From Octopus sinensis (lineage: Eukaryota), in assembly GCF_006345805.1 (NCBI RefSeq), contig NW_021835856.1:1-36459 (forward strand): a stretch of 36,459 bases of DNA. Reading direction: 5' to 3'. The notes below the pieces were generated by a model. It made no database searches. It saw only the letters and a program-made list of their open reading frames with translations, and had not been told where the DNA came from. How positions within the stretch are numbered: position 1 is the stretch's first letter; each line of letters opens with the position of its first letter. This document shows positions 12,300-24,232 of the stretch, piece by piece. Position numbers and translations under genes: made by a program.

Positions 12300-13740
12300 T
12301 TTTTATTTAAAATATTTTAGAGTCTTAATTTTTGCGTGAATACAAGACGGGACCCAATTCTATACGGTTATTTAACAAATTCTTTTTTTTTTCTATGCCT
12401 TAGAATTTCATATGTCTCCATGGAGCAGAGTTGGCAAACAACCCTGTTATTTCTATAAGGCTTCGCTCTTCTAACTATTTCCCAATTAAGGTTATATTTA
12501 ATATTATTATTTTTGAGTTCCCAGATCTTACCTGGAAGTGTGGTGGAACCAGCTTTATGACGTAACTTAAAAGAGGAGATATGGTTGCTAACTCTTTTTA
12601 AAATTTTATAGTACAACCTAAATAAAAAAATTGCTATTCTCAGTAGTTATGGTACATTTATAGATTACGTTATTTACCCCACACAGACCAGGTGCTGGGC
12701 ATTTTGAACTAATTCTACAATTACACCTAGGAGGAATCATCTTCAGATGTAGAATTTGTTAAGGATAGATATCCCATATTTTTGCTATTCTGATTAATAT
12801 GAGTATATTTATCGTTATTATAGTTAATATTGTTATCTATAGCAGTGTTATCATTTATCGATCCGTTTACACTATCATTCAGTTCTATAGCCCTATCATA
12901 ATTACTTGCATTATTGGTATTGCTATTATTATTGCTGCATTTATATCCGAATGTATATTGTTGTTATAGATATCAATGTTGTCTTCATTCCCGATATTTT
13001 CTCTATTAGCATTGCTCATATTATTAACATTATTGCTCCTATTAATATTAATATTATTATTAGTTGATGCTACTAATTGGTTATTGATGCTACCTTTGTT
13101 TTGATAGTTACTATTATTGTGGTTATTATTTTTATTTTTGATAATATTATTACAATTGTTATTGGTATTCATGTTGGTATTAGTCTTATTATTCCTGGCT
13201 AGCTTAATGTTATTATTATTAGTCTTAGCTATTATAGTGGACATATTTGGGAGGGTTGAATAAGAAATCCTAACCGCTTTTTTAGAAATTATTCTATGAT
13301 ATTTATGAGAGGCTGGGAAATTTTTTTCTAGAATTACTTTGAATCTGCCTTGTATATCCGATAAAATCGCACAGTTGAAAGGAATATTCAGCCAGATTAT
13401 ATCTTTCTTATTAAATTTCCTTAAATTAGAATTGGGGTTAGTTGAATTATTACTAATCTCACCAGAGCCATTATATTTATTACTATTATTTGTATGCTTT
13501 TTTAATTTATCTAAATTGGTTTTATCCGAGTTACCTATGCCCTGGTCTATATTTTTATTCTTATGATTAGGCTTGTACGTTAGATTTGTTGTCACCGTAA
13601 ATCTATTTCTACTTTTATTTCGGGCGTGATCTATATTGTTGTTTACGTGGTTACTGTTACCTCCTTTATTAGGAATATGTAAGCTCTCCTTATCAATAAA
13701 GGTAATCTTTTGGTTGTATCCTGCCTTAGATAATATACGT
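12300..13740 (-). mobile_element. Penelope-like element (Naiad-like) ORF remnant: end of RT thumb + GIY-YIG endonuclease, 5'-truncated and frameshifted
   Basis: RILSKAGY, IIWLNIPFN, ISYSTLPNMSTII, CNCRISSKCPAPGLC (CxCx5C), VIY...YLG, RVSNH, IWELK...WEIV, CQLCSME; stops and frameshifts present. The 3' non-coding part probably extends to ~11630. Confidence 0.85.
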
Positions 13741-14612
13741 ATGAACTATTCCGTGCTTTATGCATTTAAAATCTACAACGGTATTGTGTTGCTGACTTAA
13801 AAAAGTTGTGAAACTAAACCAGGTCTTGAGCGACACGTTATATAAGAAGATATAATATACACATGTATTAGAATTTTCTCTGTTTTTTTCAAATTTTTGT
13901 ATGCTAGGATACTGGTTTTAAATTGATATTAATTAAATTAATATTCAATTTATCTCCCTCATTATTTAAATATATGTATAGGAGTGGCTGTGTGGTAAGT
14001 AGCTTGCTTACCAACCACATGTTTCCGGGTTCAGTCCCACTGCGTGGCATCTTGGGCAAGTGTCTTCTGCTATAGCCCCGGGCCAACCAATGCCTTGTGA
14101 GTGGATTTGGTAGACGGAAACTGAAAGAAGCCTGTCGTATATATGTATATATATATATAGGTGTGTGTGTATATGTTTGTGTGTCTGTGTTTGTCCCCTT
14201 AGCATTGCTTGACAACCAATGCTGGTGTGTTTACGTCCCCGTCACTTAGCGGTTCGGCAAAAAGAGACCGATAGAATAATTACTGGGCTTACAAGGAATA
14301 AGTCCCGGGAATCGATTTGGTCGACTAACGGCGGTGCTCCAGCATGGCCGCAATCAAATGACTGAAACAAGTAAAAGAGTAAAAGAATAAAAGAGAGTAT
14401 ATATACGTATGTATGTATGTATGTATGTATGTATGTATGTATGTATGTATGTATGTATGTATGTATGTATGTATGTATGTATGTATGTATGTATGAACTA
14501 TTCCGGGTTTTATGCATTTAAAATCTACAACGGTATTGTGTTGCTGTCTTAAAAAAAGTTGTGAAACTAAACCAGGACTTGAGCGACACGTTATATAACA
14601 AGATAGAATATA
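13741..14612 (+). repeat. ~119-bp direct repeat (13741-13859 and 14493-14612)
   Basis: ATGAACTATTCCG...GAGCGACACGTTATATAA is present twice, bracketing a pLTR-like end, a SINE and (TATG)n. Confidence 0.9.
13981..14398 (+). mobile_element. SINE family A, full length
   Basis: GGAGTGGCTGTGTGGTAAG...GACTGAAACAAGTAAAAGAG. Confidence 0.92.
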
Positions 14613-15019
14613 TTATTGATTTTTGTCAACAAGTTATACGGCTAGCATTGTACTCGTGTAAATCAATAATCTATCCTTAGTTCGTAAGTATTAAGAATCT
14701 TCTGCATTGAAGTTAGCTGAAATATGTAGTGCTTTTGTGAATTTAAATCGAATGACTGTTACCTTGACATGAATAATTTCATTCTTGTCGAAAGTGTTTA
14801 ATCTTGTTTTTAATTACCCCCAAACCTTTCTCTCTTCCTTCAGTAAAACAGCTGCATGTTATTAAACTGATAGCACAGTTCCTAAAGATGGTAAAAGGAT
14901 CCCATGCTGGGACGAGCCCATGAAGAATCTTTAAGCGAATGAATAGACATCCGGACTTTTATATTTTGTTTTATTAATTTATTTATTGAGCTGGACATTT
15001 TCTATCGATTTTTTTTTTG

Positions 15020-15352
15020 CCGAATCGCTAACTTAAAGAGATGTAAACAGACCAACACCGGATGTCAAGCAGTGTGTCAGGAGACAAACAGACACAAAGA
15101 CACACATCTCTCTCTATATATATATAGATGAGTGTGTGTATGTGGTGTATATATGTGTGTGTGTGTGTTGTGTGTGTGTGTGTGTGTGATGGGCTTTTTC
15201 TCACTTTCTGTCCACTAAATCCCCTCACAAAGCTTTGGTCGGCTCCCGGTTATAGCAGAAGACACTTGCCAAGGTATAAAGTCCAAGGTGTCACGCAGTA
15301 GAACTGAACCCAAAACCATGTGACTGGAATCAAACTTTTACCACACAGCTAC
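15020..15352 (-). mobile_element. SINE family A, diverged and partial
   Basis: Reverse complement of the family A head and part of the tail. Confidence 0.8.
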
Positions 15353-15377
15353 GCATATTTATAATATTTATGTATAT

Positions 15378-16173
15378 GATGAAGGCAATCCCTCAAGGTC
15401 GAGGATGATCGTCTTCGCGCAAATTTACTGGTGAGTCCGTAGGTGACCGATAAGACCAATTCTTGCTTGAAAAGATCGATCGCAGTGCGGACAACTAGTG
15501 CGGAGGAGGGAGAGTCGCACGTGGTTGTTGTTGGCACTCCTTCCGTCGTCGTCTTTTCTCCTCCAGCTCTGCAGGCCTTTTCGACTCGAAAGTCGCCGTT
15601 CCCTCATGGATGGTGGTTTTCCAGAGTGGTCTGTTTTTTGCCGTTTCCTCCCAGTTAGTGAAGTCGATGTCACACTTTTTGAGGTTCGTTTTCAGGGAGT
15701 CCTTGTAGCATTTCTTCTGGCCTCCTTTTGTACGCTCGCCGTCTTTGAGTTTGGAGTAGAAGATCTGTTTGGGAAGTCGTTCGTCAGTCATTTTAACCAC
15801 GTGGCCGCTCCATCTTAGTTGGCCTTTGATGACATAGGCTTCGATGCTGGTCATTTTTGCTTCTTGTAGCACGCTGACGTTTGTTCTTCTGTCTTCCCAG
15901 CTGATGTTAAGGATCTTCCGAAGACAGCGTTGGTGAAATTTCTCGAGCGTTTTCATGTGGTGACTATACGGGGTCCAGGTTTCGGATGCGTAAAGGAGGG
16001 TTGGAATAATGACTGCCCTGTACACCATGAGTTTGGTTTCGGTTCGGATGTCCTGATCAGCAAAAACTCTTCTTCGAAGCTTGCCGAAAGCTGTTCCTGC
16101 ACACCTCAGACGGTGTTGGATTTCATTGCTGAGGTCTACCTTTGCTGACAGATGGCTCCCAAGGTAGCAGAAA
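15378..16173 (-). mobile_element. RTE LINE 3' part (RT C-terminus + C2H2 tail)
   Basis: FCYLGS, VYRAVIIPTLLYASETW, FHQRCLRKILNISWED, QLRWSGHV, RLPKQIFY, CPHCDRSFQARIGLIGHLRTH. Confidence 0.95.
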
Positions 16174-17249
16174 TCGGCGATGGATGACGGGAGCAGGCTC
16201 GTGAAGGCTGGTGGCTCCTAGGGCAGAACCGGCACGGATGCGGTGGTTACATGATTCAGTCGCTCTATCTTTCGGAAGAAGCAAGGAAAATGTTCGGCAG
16301 CAGTATCCACGACTGAGCAGCCCTGTTTAGGATCCACTCTGCTCACCCTGAATTGGGAAGGGGCTAGAAAAGGCGCCCTAAACATTGTCTGCTTCACCCC
16401 AATCCTGTCTGGAAAACCGCGTCCAGAGGGATCTCCATCATGCGGTCGATAATCAAGATCAAGATACGCAACGCTGAAATTCGGGACCTGAAATGTCAGG
16501 ACTCTCATAGATAACACCAACTCAGACAGACCCGAAAGGCGAACTGCAATCATCGCCCGGAAACTCCATCGATTCAATTTTGACATCGTAGCTCTCAGTG
16601 AAACCCGGAGAGCCGGAGAAGGCCGGCTGAGAGAAGAAGGCGGTCAATACACCTTTTTCTGGAAAGGTTACGATCCCGACTATCAACGGATCCATGGTGT
16701 GGGTTTTGCAATACGAAACACCATCCTATCCAAACTGACAGAGCAGCCATCGGAATGTCCGCACGACTCATGACCCTCCGACCCAGCTTGTCAAAAGTCA
16801 GCACGCAACTATCATCAGCGCGTATGCTCCCACCCTTGACGCGGAGGATTTAGTCAAGGAGGAGTTTTACAGCCAGCTTGATAGCATTCTCTCTACCGTC
16901 CCAAAGGACGACAAGATCATTCTCCTGGGAGATTTCAACGCCAGAGTTGGGAGAGATCGTGAACTCTGGACAGGAACCATCGGAAAGGAAGGAGTGGGAA
17001 AAGTCAATGCCAATGGAACTCTGCTACTCACCAAATGTGCTGAACATAACCTGGTGATAACCAACACCCTTTTTTGCCAGAAGAATCGATATAAGGTTTA
17101 ATGGCAGCATCCAAGATCTAAAAAATGGCATCTCATCGACTATATCATCGTGAGATCCCGAGACCAGCAAGATGTGTTGCTCACCAGAGCTGCCACTGGA
17201 GCAGATGAGTGCTGGACAGATCATCGCCTCATCGCCTCCACCATGAAGA
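16174..17249 (+). mobile_element. RTE LINE 5' part (5'UTR + APE endonuclease), inverted relative to the 3' part
   Basis: FGT*NVRTL, DIVALSETR, GVGFAIR, IISAYAPT, LLGDFNARVG, WHLIDYIIV, TDHRLI; has stops and frameshifts. Confidence 0.93.
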
Positions 17250-17254
17250 TTATG

Positions 17255-17308
<54 letters not shown>

Positions 17309-17730
17309 CGAGCGTGTGTGTGCGTGTGTCTAATTTAAACCAATTTGATTCGGCTTCATCAGACTTCAAGTTTCGCAAGATTTTAATAGAAATCCTGCTT
17401 TTTCAGACTCGGGTTTCCGAATCGGTAATTTGAGCCTGAGTGAGAAAGTTTTTGCATGGAGCTAAATCAAAGAGTTTAAATAATCCTTTCTACTAAAAGC
17501 AAAAGGCCTGAAATTTAGGAGTAGGGGAGCAATATCATATCTTCCCCACTGTTTCAGTATCCACCTCTTCTTTCTTTCTTGTTATCGACCCCAATGCTCC
17601 TCTGGTACTTATTTCATCGACCCCGAAAGAATGAAAGGCCAAGTCAACCACCTGACTAAATGCCTATTTCTTTACTACCCACAAGGGGCTAAACACAGAG
17701 AGGACAAACAAGGACAGACAAACGGATTAA

Positions 17731-18035
17731 GTCTCTTCCTTTGTTCTCTCCCTGTCCCTCTCACTATACATTAACTCTATTGCTTATTCTGTGTAATGCT
17801 TTTTGCTTGACCAATCAAATCTTTGCATTATGTTATTCGATCGTTTGTAATGTCTATTTGAGACAGAACACGCCCGACACGTGTGCATACAAAACATCGG
17901 ATCTTCACACGCACAACCGCGTAATTCAATGGTACAAGGACTTGACTTAACTGTTAGTGATCTTCAATCTTTACTTTAGTTATGAGGCTGCGGCCATGCT
18001 GGGGCACCTCCACGAACAATTTTATCAGAAAGAAT
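17731..18035 (+). repeat. Duplicate of the EXTL3-like upstream region (partner 25720-26024)
   Basis: 305 bp, colinear and nearly identical. Confidence 0.95.
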
Positions 18036-18121
18036 TCACCCCAGTACTCATTTTTTTATTTCTTATTTTGTAAATCTTCTTTCTTTCTTTTTTTTTTGTT
18101 TTCTTTTTATTTTTTGAAGAC

Positions 18122-18281
18122 TTGCTGTGTGGTAAGTAGCTTGTTTACCAACCACATGGTTCCGGGTTCAGTTCCACTGCGTGGCACCTGGGGCAGGTGT
18201 CTTCTACTATAGCCTCGGCCGACCAAAGGCTTGTGAGTGGATTTGGTAGACGGAAACTGAAAGAAGCCCGTCGTATATATA

Positions 18282-18325
<44 letters not shown>

Positions 18326-18480
18326 TGTGTGTGTTTGTCCCCCTAGCATTGCTTGACAACCGATGCTGGTGTGTTTATGTCCCCGTAACTTAGCGGTCGG
18401 CAAAAGAGACCGATAGAATAAGTACTGGGCTTACAAAGAATAAGTCCCAGGGACGGGTTGCTCGATTAAATGCGGTGCAC
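18122..18480 (+). mobile_element. SINE family A
   Basis: Family A head, (TA)n and tail. Confidence 0.9.
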
Positions 18481-18995
18481 CTGTGTGTGTTTGTGTGTGT
18501 GTGTTGTGTGTAAACACACCAACACGGTTATTAAGCGGTGGAGGAAGACAAAGAAAACATACAAACACACAAACACACACACACACGTACACACGCAGCG
18601 CATATATATTAATATAAATACATGAATATAAACATATACACATATACATGCGCAAGTGTATGTATTAATAAAAATACATACACATACACACGTACACACT
18701 CATACATACATGCGCGCGCGTGTATCAATAAAAGTACATACACAAATAGACGAGCGCGTGCATATATTACTATAAATACATACGCACACACACACATACA
18801 CGCGAGTGCCTGTATTAATATAAATACATACATATACACACATTCACACAAACACACATATATGTAGAATCATACATACATATATACATAGATATACACA
18901 CACACACACACACACACACGTATTCAATTCTAGATCAGGTCCTCATTAGGGATAAAATAATCCCCAAATTTCACTGGTTAATCACTATCATATAA

Positions 18996-19386
18996 CTAGC
19001 AGTATCGCCCGGAATTGCTCGGGTTTGTTTCGACCCGCTGGAATTGGAAGTTTTGGAAAGTAAAGATTTTGCATTATGCAGCTTGTTATTCTCTTCAAGA
19101 GATCATTTTTCTGGTTGAAATACCCCGAAAAGTGGCGATACAGCAGTGAAAAAATCGTAAAAAATATAGATTTTCATAGAAAAAAGCACCTTTTTCATGT
19201 AAATAATTTTTGGTGTTAACATGGCCTGATTTGAATTTTATCTCGTACGGAAGGAAGAGCAAGCCTTCTTCTATCATACTCTCAATTTTGGTCAACTTGC
19301 ACCGTAGGGTCTCGGAGGAGATAGTGTTAGTTGAAGGCTACCAAACCTGGCGCACACAAACAACTTCAGCTTTATATAGAGAGAGA
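18996..19386 (-). mobile_element. Non-autonomous Helitron
   Basis: Minus strand: A|TC...5' end, subterminal hairpin CCCGAGCAATTCCGGG, 3' CTAG|T; inserted between A and T with no TSD. Confidence 0.8.
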
Positions 19387-19406
19387 TAACACACACACAT
19401 TAATAC

Positions 19407-19453
<47 letters not shown>

Positions 19454-19677
19454 TGTATGTCTGGATGTATGTATGTATATATGTACATCTGTCCACTTCT
19501 TGCCATGTTTTTATCCTTCACTCCTCGCCCCCCACCAACACACACACACACACTCACACACGCACGCACACACACACACCTTCTTAGCTTACAATTTATT
19601 TATTTCAACAATTGACAACTGAAGTACGCTCGCAAATCAATACTACGAAAACTTAGCGACAGAAAGTAAATTAAAAA

Positions 19678-20150
19678 CAAATCGTAAAATATTGAGTTTT
19701 CTCGAATTTTTTGCTTAATTGGGGGTCAAATTGAAGGAAATTTATATGCCATGACCCAATGGAATGATCTTCGAAAAATCATTGGTAAATTCCAATTGAA
19801 GAAATTGTGTGAGGAGTAAATTGTTGTGTATTTATTTGTGTCTGTTTCCTGTGTATTTTTTTTTTGAGTAGTGGTTTAAGGTACACTTGCAAAGAGAAAG
19901 TAGGAGAAAGTGTGGTAATAGAAGGAGTGAAGCAGTTGATATGAGAGAGGCAAATCGTAAAATATTTAGTTTTCTCGAATTTTTGCTTAATTGGGGGTCA
20001 AATTGAAAAAAAATTTAAATGCCATGACCCAATCGAATCTACTTCGAAAAATCATAGGTACATTCCAATTGAAGAAATTCTATATTGTACAATTTTATTA
20101 AAAAGAAACATAGTCACAGGCAGAGAAAATCTGCCTTTTATCATAAGAGA
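19678..20150 (-). mobile_element. Helitron-like segment with an internal ~130-bp direct repeat (19678-19808 and 19951-20080)
   Basis: The duplicated unit is visible directly; the minus-strand start TCTCTTATGATAAAAGG resembles a Helitron 5' end. Confidence 0.5.
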
Positions 20151-20391
20151 TGAGAAAGTCTCGAAGATATGTTAGAGAATCATATATATAAATATATATA
20201 TATGTATATATACTAATAAAAAGGGTTCAGCAAAGAATTGCCTCACCACACACCGAAGTTCAGAAATAGCAGCCAAAAATCTTAGCCATTTCTTCTACTT
20301 TAAAAAGGGTCTTCCAGAGAAACCAAAATACTTGAAGGTTATTCACACAGGCAGAGAGTAAAGTAACGAAAATCAATCAATATCTGATCGC

Positions 20392-20476
20392 CCATGGACG
20401 CGCGTTTCTGAATTAGGTTTTTTCATAAAGAATATTAAAAAATATACTTTACTAACCATATTCTTCATCAGCATGG
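20392..20476 (-). ncRNA. Type I hammerhead ribozyme motif
   Basis: Minus strand reads CCATG-CTGATGA-A GAAT...ATTC A-GAA-ACGCGCGT-C-CATGG: palindromic stem III and canonical GUC triplet. Confidence 0.88.
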
Positions 20477-20549
20477 ATTTTCTGTGATAATTCGAAGATA
20501 CTAGAACATTTGAACGAATCTTTCCACATAACGGCATTAGGCCGCTCAT

Positions 20550-20852
20550 CTTGGATATCAACAGAAAAGGGCCACTTCATCCTGGCCATGCATTGGTGGC
20601 TCAACCACGCTTTCAGAACCTTACATTCCGAGCTGGATTTTATTTTATTTTACCATTTTACAATAATAATAATTCAAAGGATACGTGGCAAATACTCATT
20701 CCACTTTTCCCTCTCCGTCGTAAGTATTGGATATCATATCTAAGTGGCTCTCAGCCAAAACTAGATATTTTCAGAAAATATCAACCACTGTCTACCAGTC
20801 TTTCTGTATACCTGAAAAGACACAATTCTTCGTTGCTGCCAATAACAGTCTC
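20550..20852 (+). pseudogene. 303-bp duplicate fragment of EXTL3-like exon 1 (26979-27281)
   Basis: No indels; 14 substitutions by manual count; no start codon or remainder of the exon. Confidence 0.93.
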
Positions 20853-20886
20853 ATAAACATTTCTCTCTCCACATCTTTATACTATA

Positions 20887-22385
20887 CTAGCATTATGACC
20901 CGTCGTTGCCGGGTCATAGTGCTAGTGCATGTATATATGTGTATATATATGTGTACATATTACATGTACATCTATATATATACATCTACATACAAAATAC
21001 AAAATGCAAAGTTATATCTTGCTATCGCTAGTGATAACAATACACAAAATATATAACAGAATGGAATTGTAGGCCCGTCTCTTGCAATTTCGATCAATTG
21101 TATCTTGTCATCCCTCTTGTTTAGAAGTATGGCTACAATCCAGCCTACCTCTACTTCTGGGAGGAGATTTAATTTTTATCCGGGACGTCCTATGTCCCAG
21201 ATATAAAGGTAAAAATAAAATATTTCCACTTTGCAAGGTTCGAGTAGAGTACTCCCTTGCACGCTCCGTTGACTCGAACCTTGCTTCTATTGTGGCGAAT
21301 TTACCGCCTCTGGTTAGATATCTTTCATAGTCGCACCAAGACACTTTTCGATGGTGCTTTCCTCCAGGTGTTCAAATTTTCTTTTCTTTACATTGTATTC
21401 TTTATAGACAATAGTCTTTTCTTTAATTTAATTTTTTATTTCGTTTGGTGGAGTTATCCTAGATTCACTGTCTTTGTCGGTGATCAATCCGTATTTCTTC
21501 CATTTTAATTTCAATGAGTTCGCGCCTGCCGACGGCTGCAGCGAAATTCATTTTTGGACTTTCTTCTATCGAAAACATTTTAACAAAAATGCTTCCGTGT
21601 AAACGGTGAAAATATTGTCAATTTCCCCAAACAGGGACACAATTCAATTTTTAAACAATAACCAAAGCCCCTTCTCCCAAAGGGGGGAGGGTTACAGTTT
21701 ACAATTATTTAACAAATGCAACACAACAACGTTTCCCTTACGAGGAACCAACAAACGTGATAACAATAGTTAAACATTAATAATAATAACAGTACTCAGT
21801 AGAAGCGCTGTTCGAGAAAACAGACATTACATACAGCCAAACTTCATATAGATACTTAATGCTAGCTAATTAGCAGATAATCTAATGTAAAAATCGTGGT
21901 AAAGGGTATTGCACACCTCCATCTGGACAATTCCATTTCTGCACGCTAATTTTATTTTTAATTTATTCCCATTCATGTGAAACCACTTATTCAAGTTCAA
22001 AATCATTGATGCAATTTTATACCAATTGCTATTTTTACTTTTGTTATGTTACGATTATATTATACTTCAGTTTGATTTTAATTATTACTTACTACATATA
22101 ATTCAATTGTTATTATTATTTTTATTGTTAAAGTGAAAGCATCTGACATAAAATAGAGAAATATTTTTGTTTCACTTTTAACACGTAATACTGAAATAGT
22201 GGGGAAGATATGATATTGCTATGGGCTCGCTCTAGGCAAGAAGTTGAACATTTAATTTTTTTGCCCATGAAACAACATGGACCCTAAGTAAGGCATGTGT
22301 AAAATTTGAATGAAATTGGTTCTGTAATTCTCAAGTTTTAGGGAAACACACAGACAGACACACATTCTCAGTTTTATATATACAT
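20887..22385 (-). mobile_element. Probable non-autonomous Helitron carrying a degraded coding fragment
   Basis: 3' hairpin + CTAG|T at 20886-20926; the end at ~22380 (ACACACAGACAGAC...TTTTATATA) matches the other Helitron 5' ends. Confidence 0.6.
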
Positions 22386-22400
22386 ATATATATATATATA

Positions 22401-23444
22401 TCAAACTAAAATCATTGAACAAACAAATGCAAGGTCATCCGCATATCATTTCATAATTCGAACATTTAATTATAGAATAAACATATAACCCGCAAGATGG
22501 AACAACATTTCATATGTATAGCACGTAATAATAATAATAATATGGTGCAAGAAAATTCTTATCATTAAAAATTTAGAATTAATATTTTAGCGATTCAATG
22601 AAAATACATTTATAAAAAGACGTAGAAAGTAAAATATAATATAAGTAATATACAAAATATATAGGTATATAAAAATATAGGCATATAAAAATATATAAAA
22701 CATATATAAATATATATACATATAGGAGTATATAAAAAAATATATAATATATATATCATGTAAATAAAGTAAAATAAGGTTCATCGTTTAGAAATCTTAT
22801 TCAGGTAAAGTAAACCTTTATTGGGCTATCCGAGCATGAATACCACAGTGGGAAAGCAAACAACACCGTACGGGCTTGTTGCGTGATGTCTATCTTTGTG
22901 TTTATATATATATATTTTTTCCCCCTGACGAAGGAGGTATTATCTGAATGCACCCTAGTGCTTTAAACACAATACACCCCTGAAATGGCCATAGGGATAA
23001 GTAAACATGATTTCCTTCTTAAATATAAGGCTTACTTTACCTGAATAAGATTTCTAAACGATGAACCTTATTTTACTTTATTTACATGATATATATATTA
23101 TATATTTTTTTATATGCTCCTATATGTATATATATTTATATATGTTTTATATATTTTTATATGCCTATATTTTTATATACCTATATATTTTGTATATTAC
23201 TTATATTATATTTTACTTTCTACGTCCTTTTATAAATGTATTTTCATTGAATCGCTAAAATATTAATTCTAAATTTTTAATGATAAGAATTTTTTCGCAC
23301 CATATTATTATTATTATTACGTGCTATACATATGAAATTTTGTTCCATCTTGCGGGTTATATGTTTATTCTATAATTAAATGTTCGAATTACGAAATGAT
23401 ATGCGGATGACCTTGCATTTGTTTGTTCAATGATTTTAGTTTGA
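22401..23444. repeat. Long inverted repeat, ~420-bp arms (22401-22820 and 23026-23444)
   Basis: The arms are near-perfect reverse complements, which explains the twin 65-aa ORFs on opposite strands. Confidence 0.96.
22920..22997 (+). ncRNA. Type I hammerhead ribozyme motif in the spacer of the inverted repeat
   Basis: CCC-CTGACGA-AGGAGGTATT...AATACACCCCT-GAA-ATGGCCAT-A-GGG: palindromic stem III and AUA triplet. Confidence 0.8.
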
Positions 23445-23533
23445 CATTTTTGTCTCTTCCAATAGAGCACTTCTATAGCAGTCCTATTAAACTTTTTTGT
23501 TCCTGACAAGAAACAATTATTGTATTATTAATA

Positions 23534-23578
<45 letters not shown>

Positions 23579-23579
23579 A

Positions 23580-23820
23580 GACGGACGAAATGCCGCTAAG
23601 CGCTTTGCTCTGCGTGGTAACGATTCTACCATCTCACCACCTTAAATCAATTGTATGTGACCTTCCGTCTTCACGCTTTGAGTTCAAATTCTGCCGAGGT
23701 CGACTTTGCTTTCGTCCTTTCGGGCGGTCAATAATATAAGTATCATTAGTGCACTGTAGTCGACTTCATCTACCAACCCACCCACTGAAATTGCTGGCCT
23801 AGTGCCAATAATTGAAATCA
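23580..23820. mobile_element. SINE family B fragments (minus-strand head, then a plus-strand copy)
   Basis: GAGTTCAAATTCTGCCGAGGTCGACTTTGCTTTCGTCCTTTCGGG core. Confidence 0.75.
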
Positions 23821-23849
23821 GAATTATATGTAGCCTTACGTTAAGGCTT

Positions 23850-24202
23850 ACTCTGTAAGATGCAAGAGAAGAAGACCCCTTTCTGTCATGAAGGGCCATA
23901 GCATTGCACCTAGAAAGTTCCCCTCCTAGGTACAAGTCCAGGTAAGGTTGTTTATGGAAGACCACCAGTCACCCATGCATACCTGTCTCCCCTCTCCACG
24001 CCACCAATGTTATCCAAGAGAAACGGACTAGCCAATACAGCTTGGCACTAGTGACATCGCAACTCATTTCTACAGGTGAGTGAACTGGAGAAACGTAAAA
24101 TAAAGTGAATTGCACAAGAACACAACACTCAGCCCGGTGCGGGAATCGAAATCACGACCTCATGATTATAAGTCCGACGCGCTAACCACTAACCCGTGCG
24201 GG
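23850..24202 (-). mobile_element. tRNA-derived SINE (family D)
   Basis: Minus-strand A box (GGTTAGTGGTTAGCG) and B box (TTCGATTCCC) followed by a CORE-like segment. Confidence 0.7.
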
Positions 24203-24232
24203 TTCATAAACCTCAGTAATATAGACTATATC

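Noticed and set aside
12420-12730. Selenocysteine-type Naiad
   Set aside because: The motif cysteines are encoded by TGT/TGC; there is no in-frame TGA at those positions.
22587-23258. Twin 65-aa ORFs on opposite strands
   Set aside because: They are a by-product of the AT-rich inverted repeat and are not protein-like.
23400-23540. Possible GIY-YIG C-terminal peptide (FNRTAIEVLY) on the minus strand
   Set aside because: It needs a frameshift, the similarity is weak, and it would be antisense to the HHR-defined orientation.
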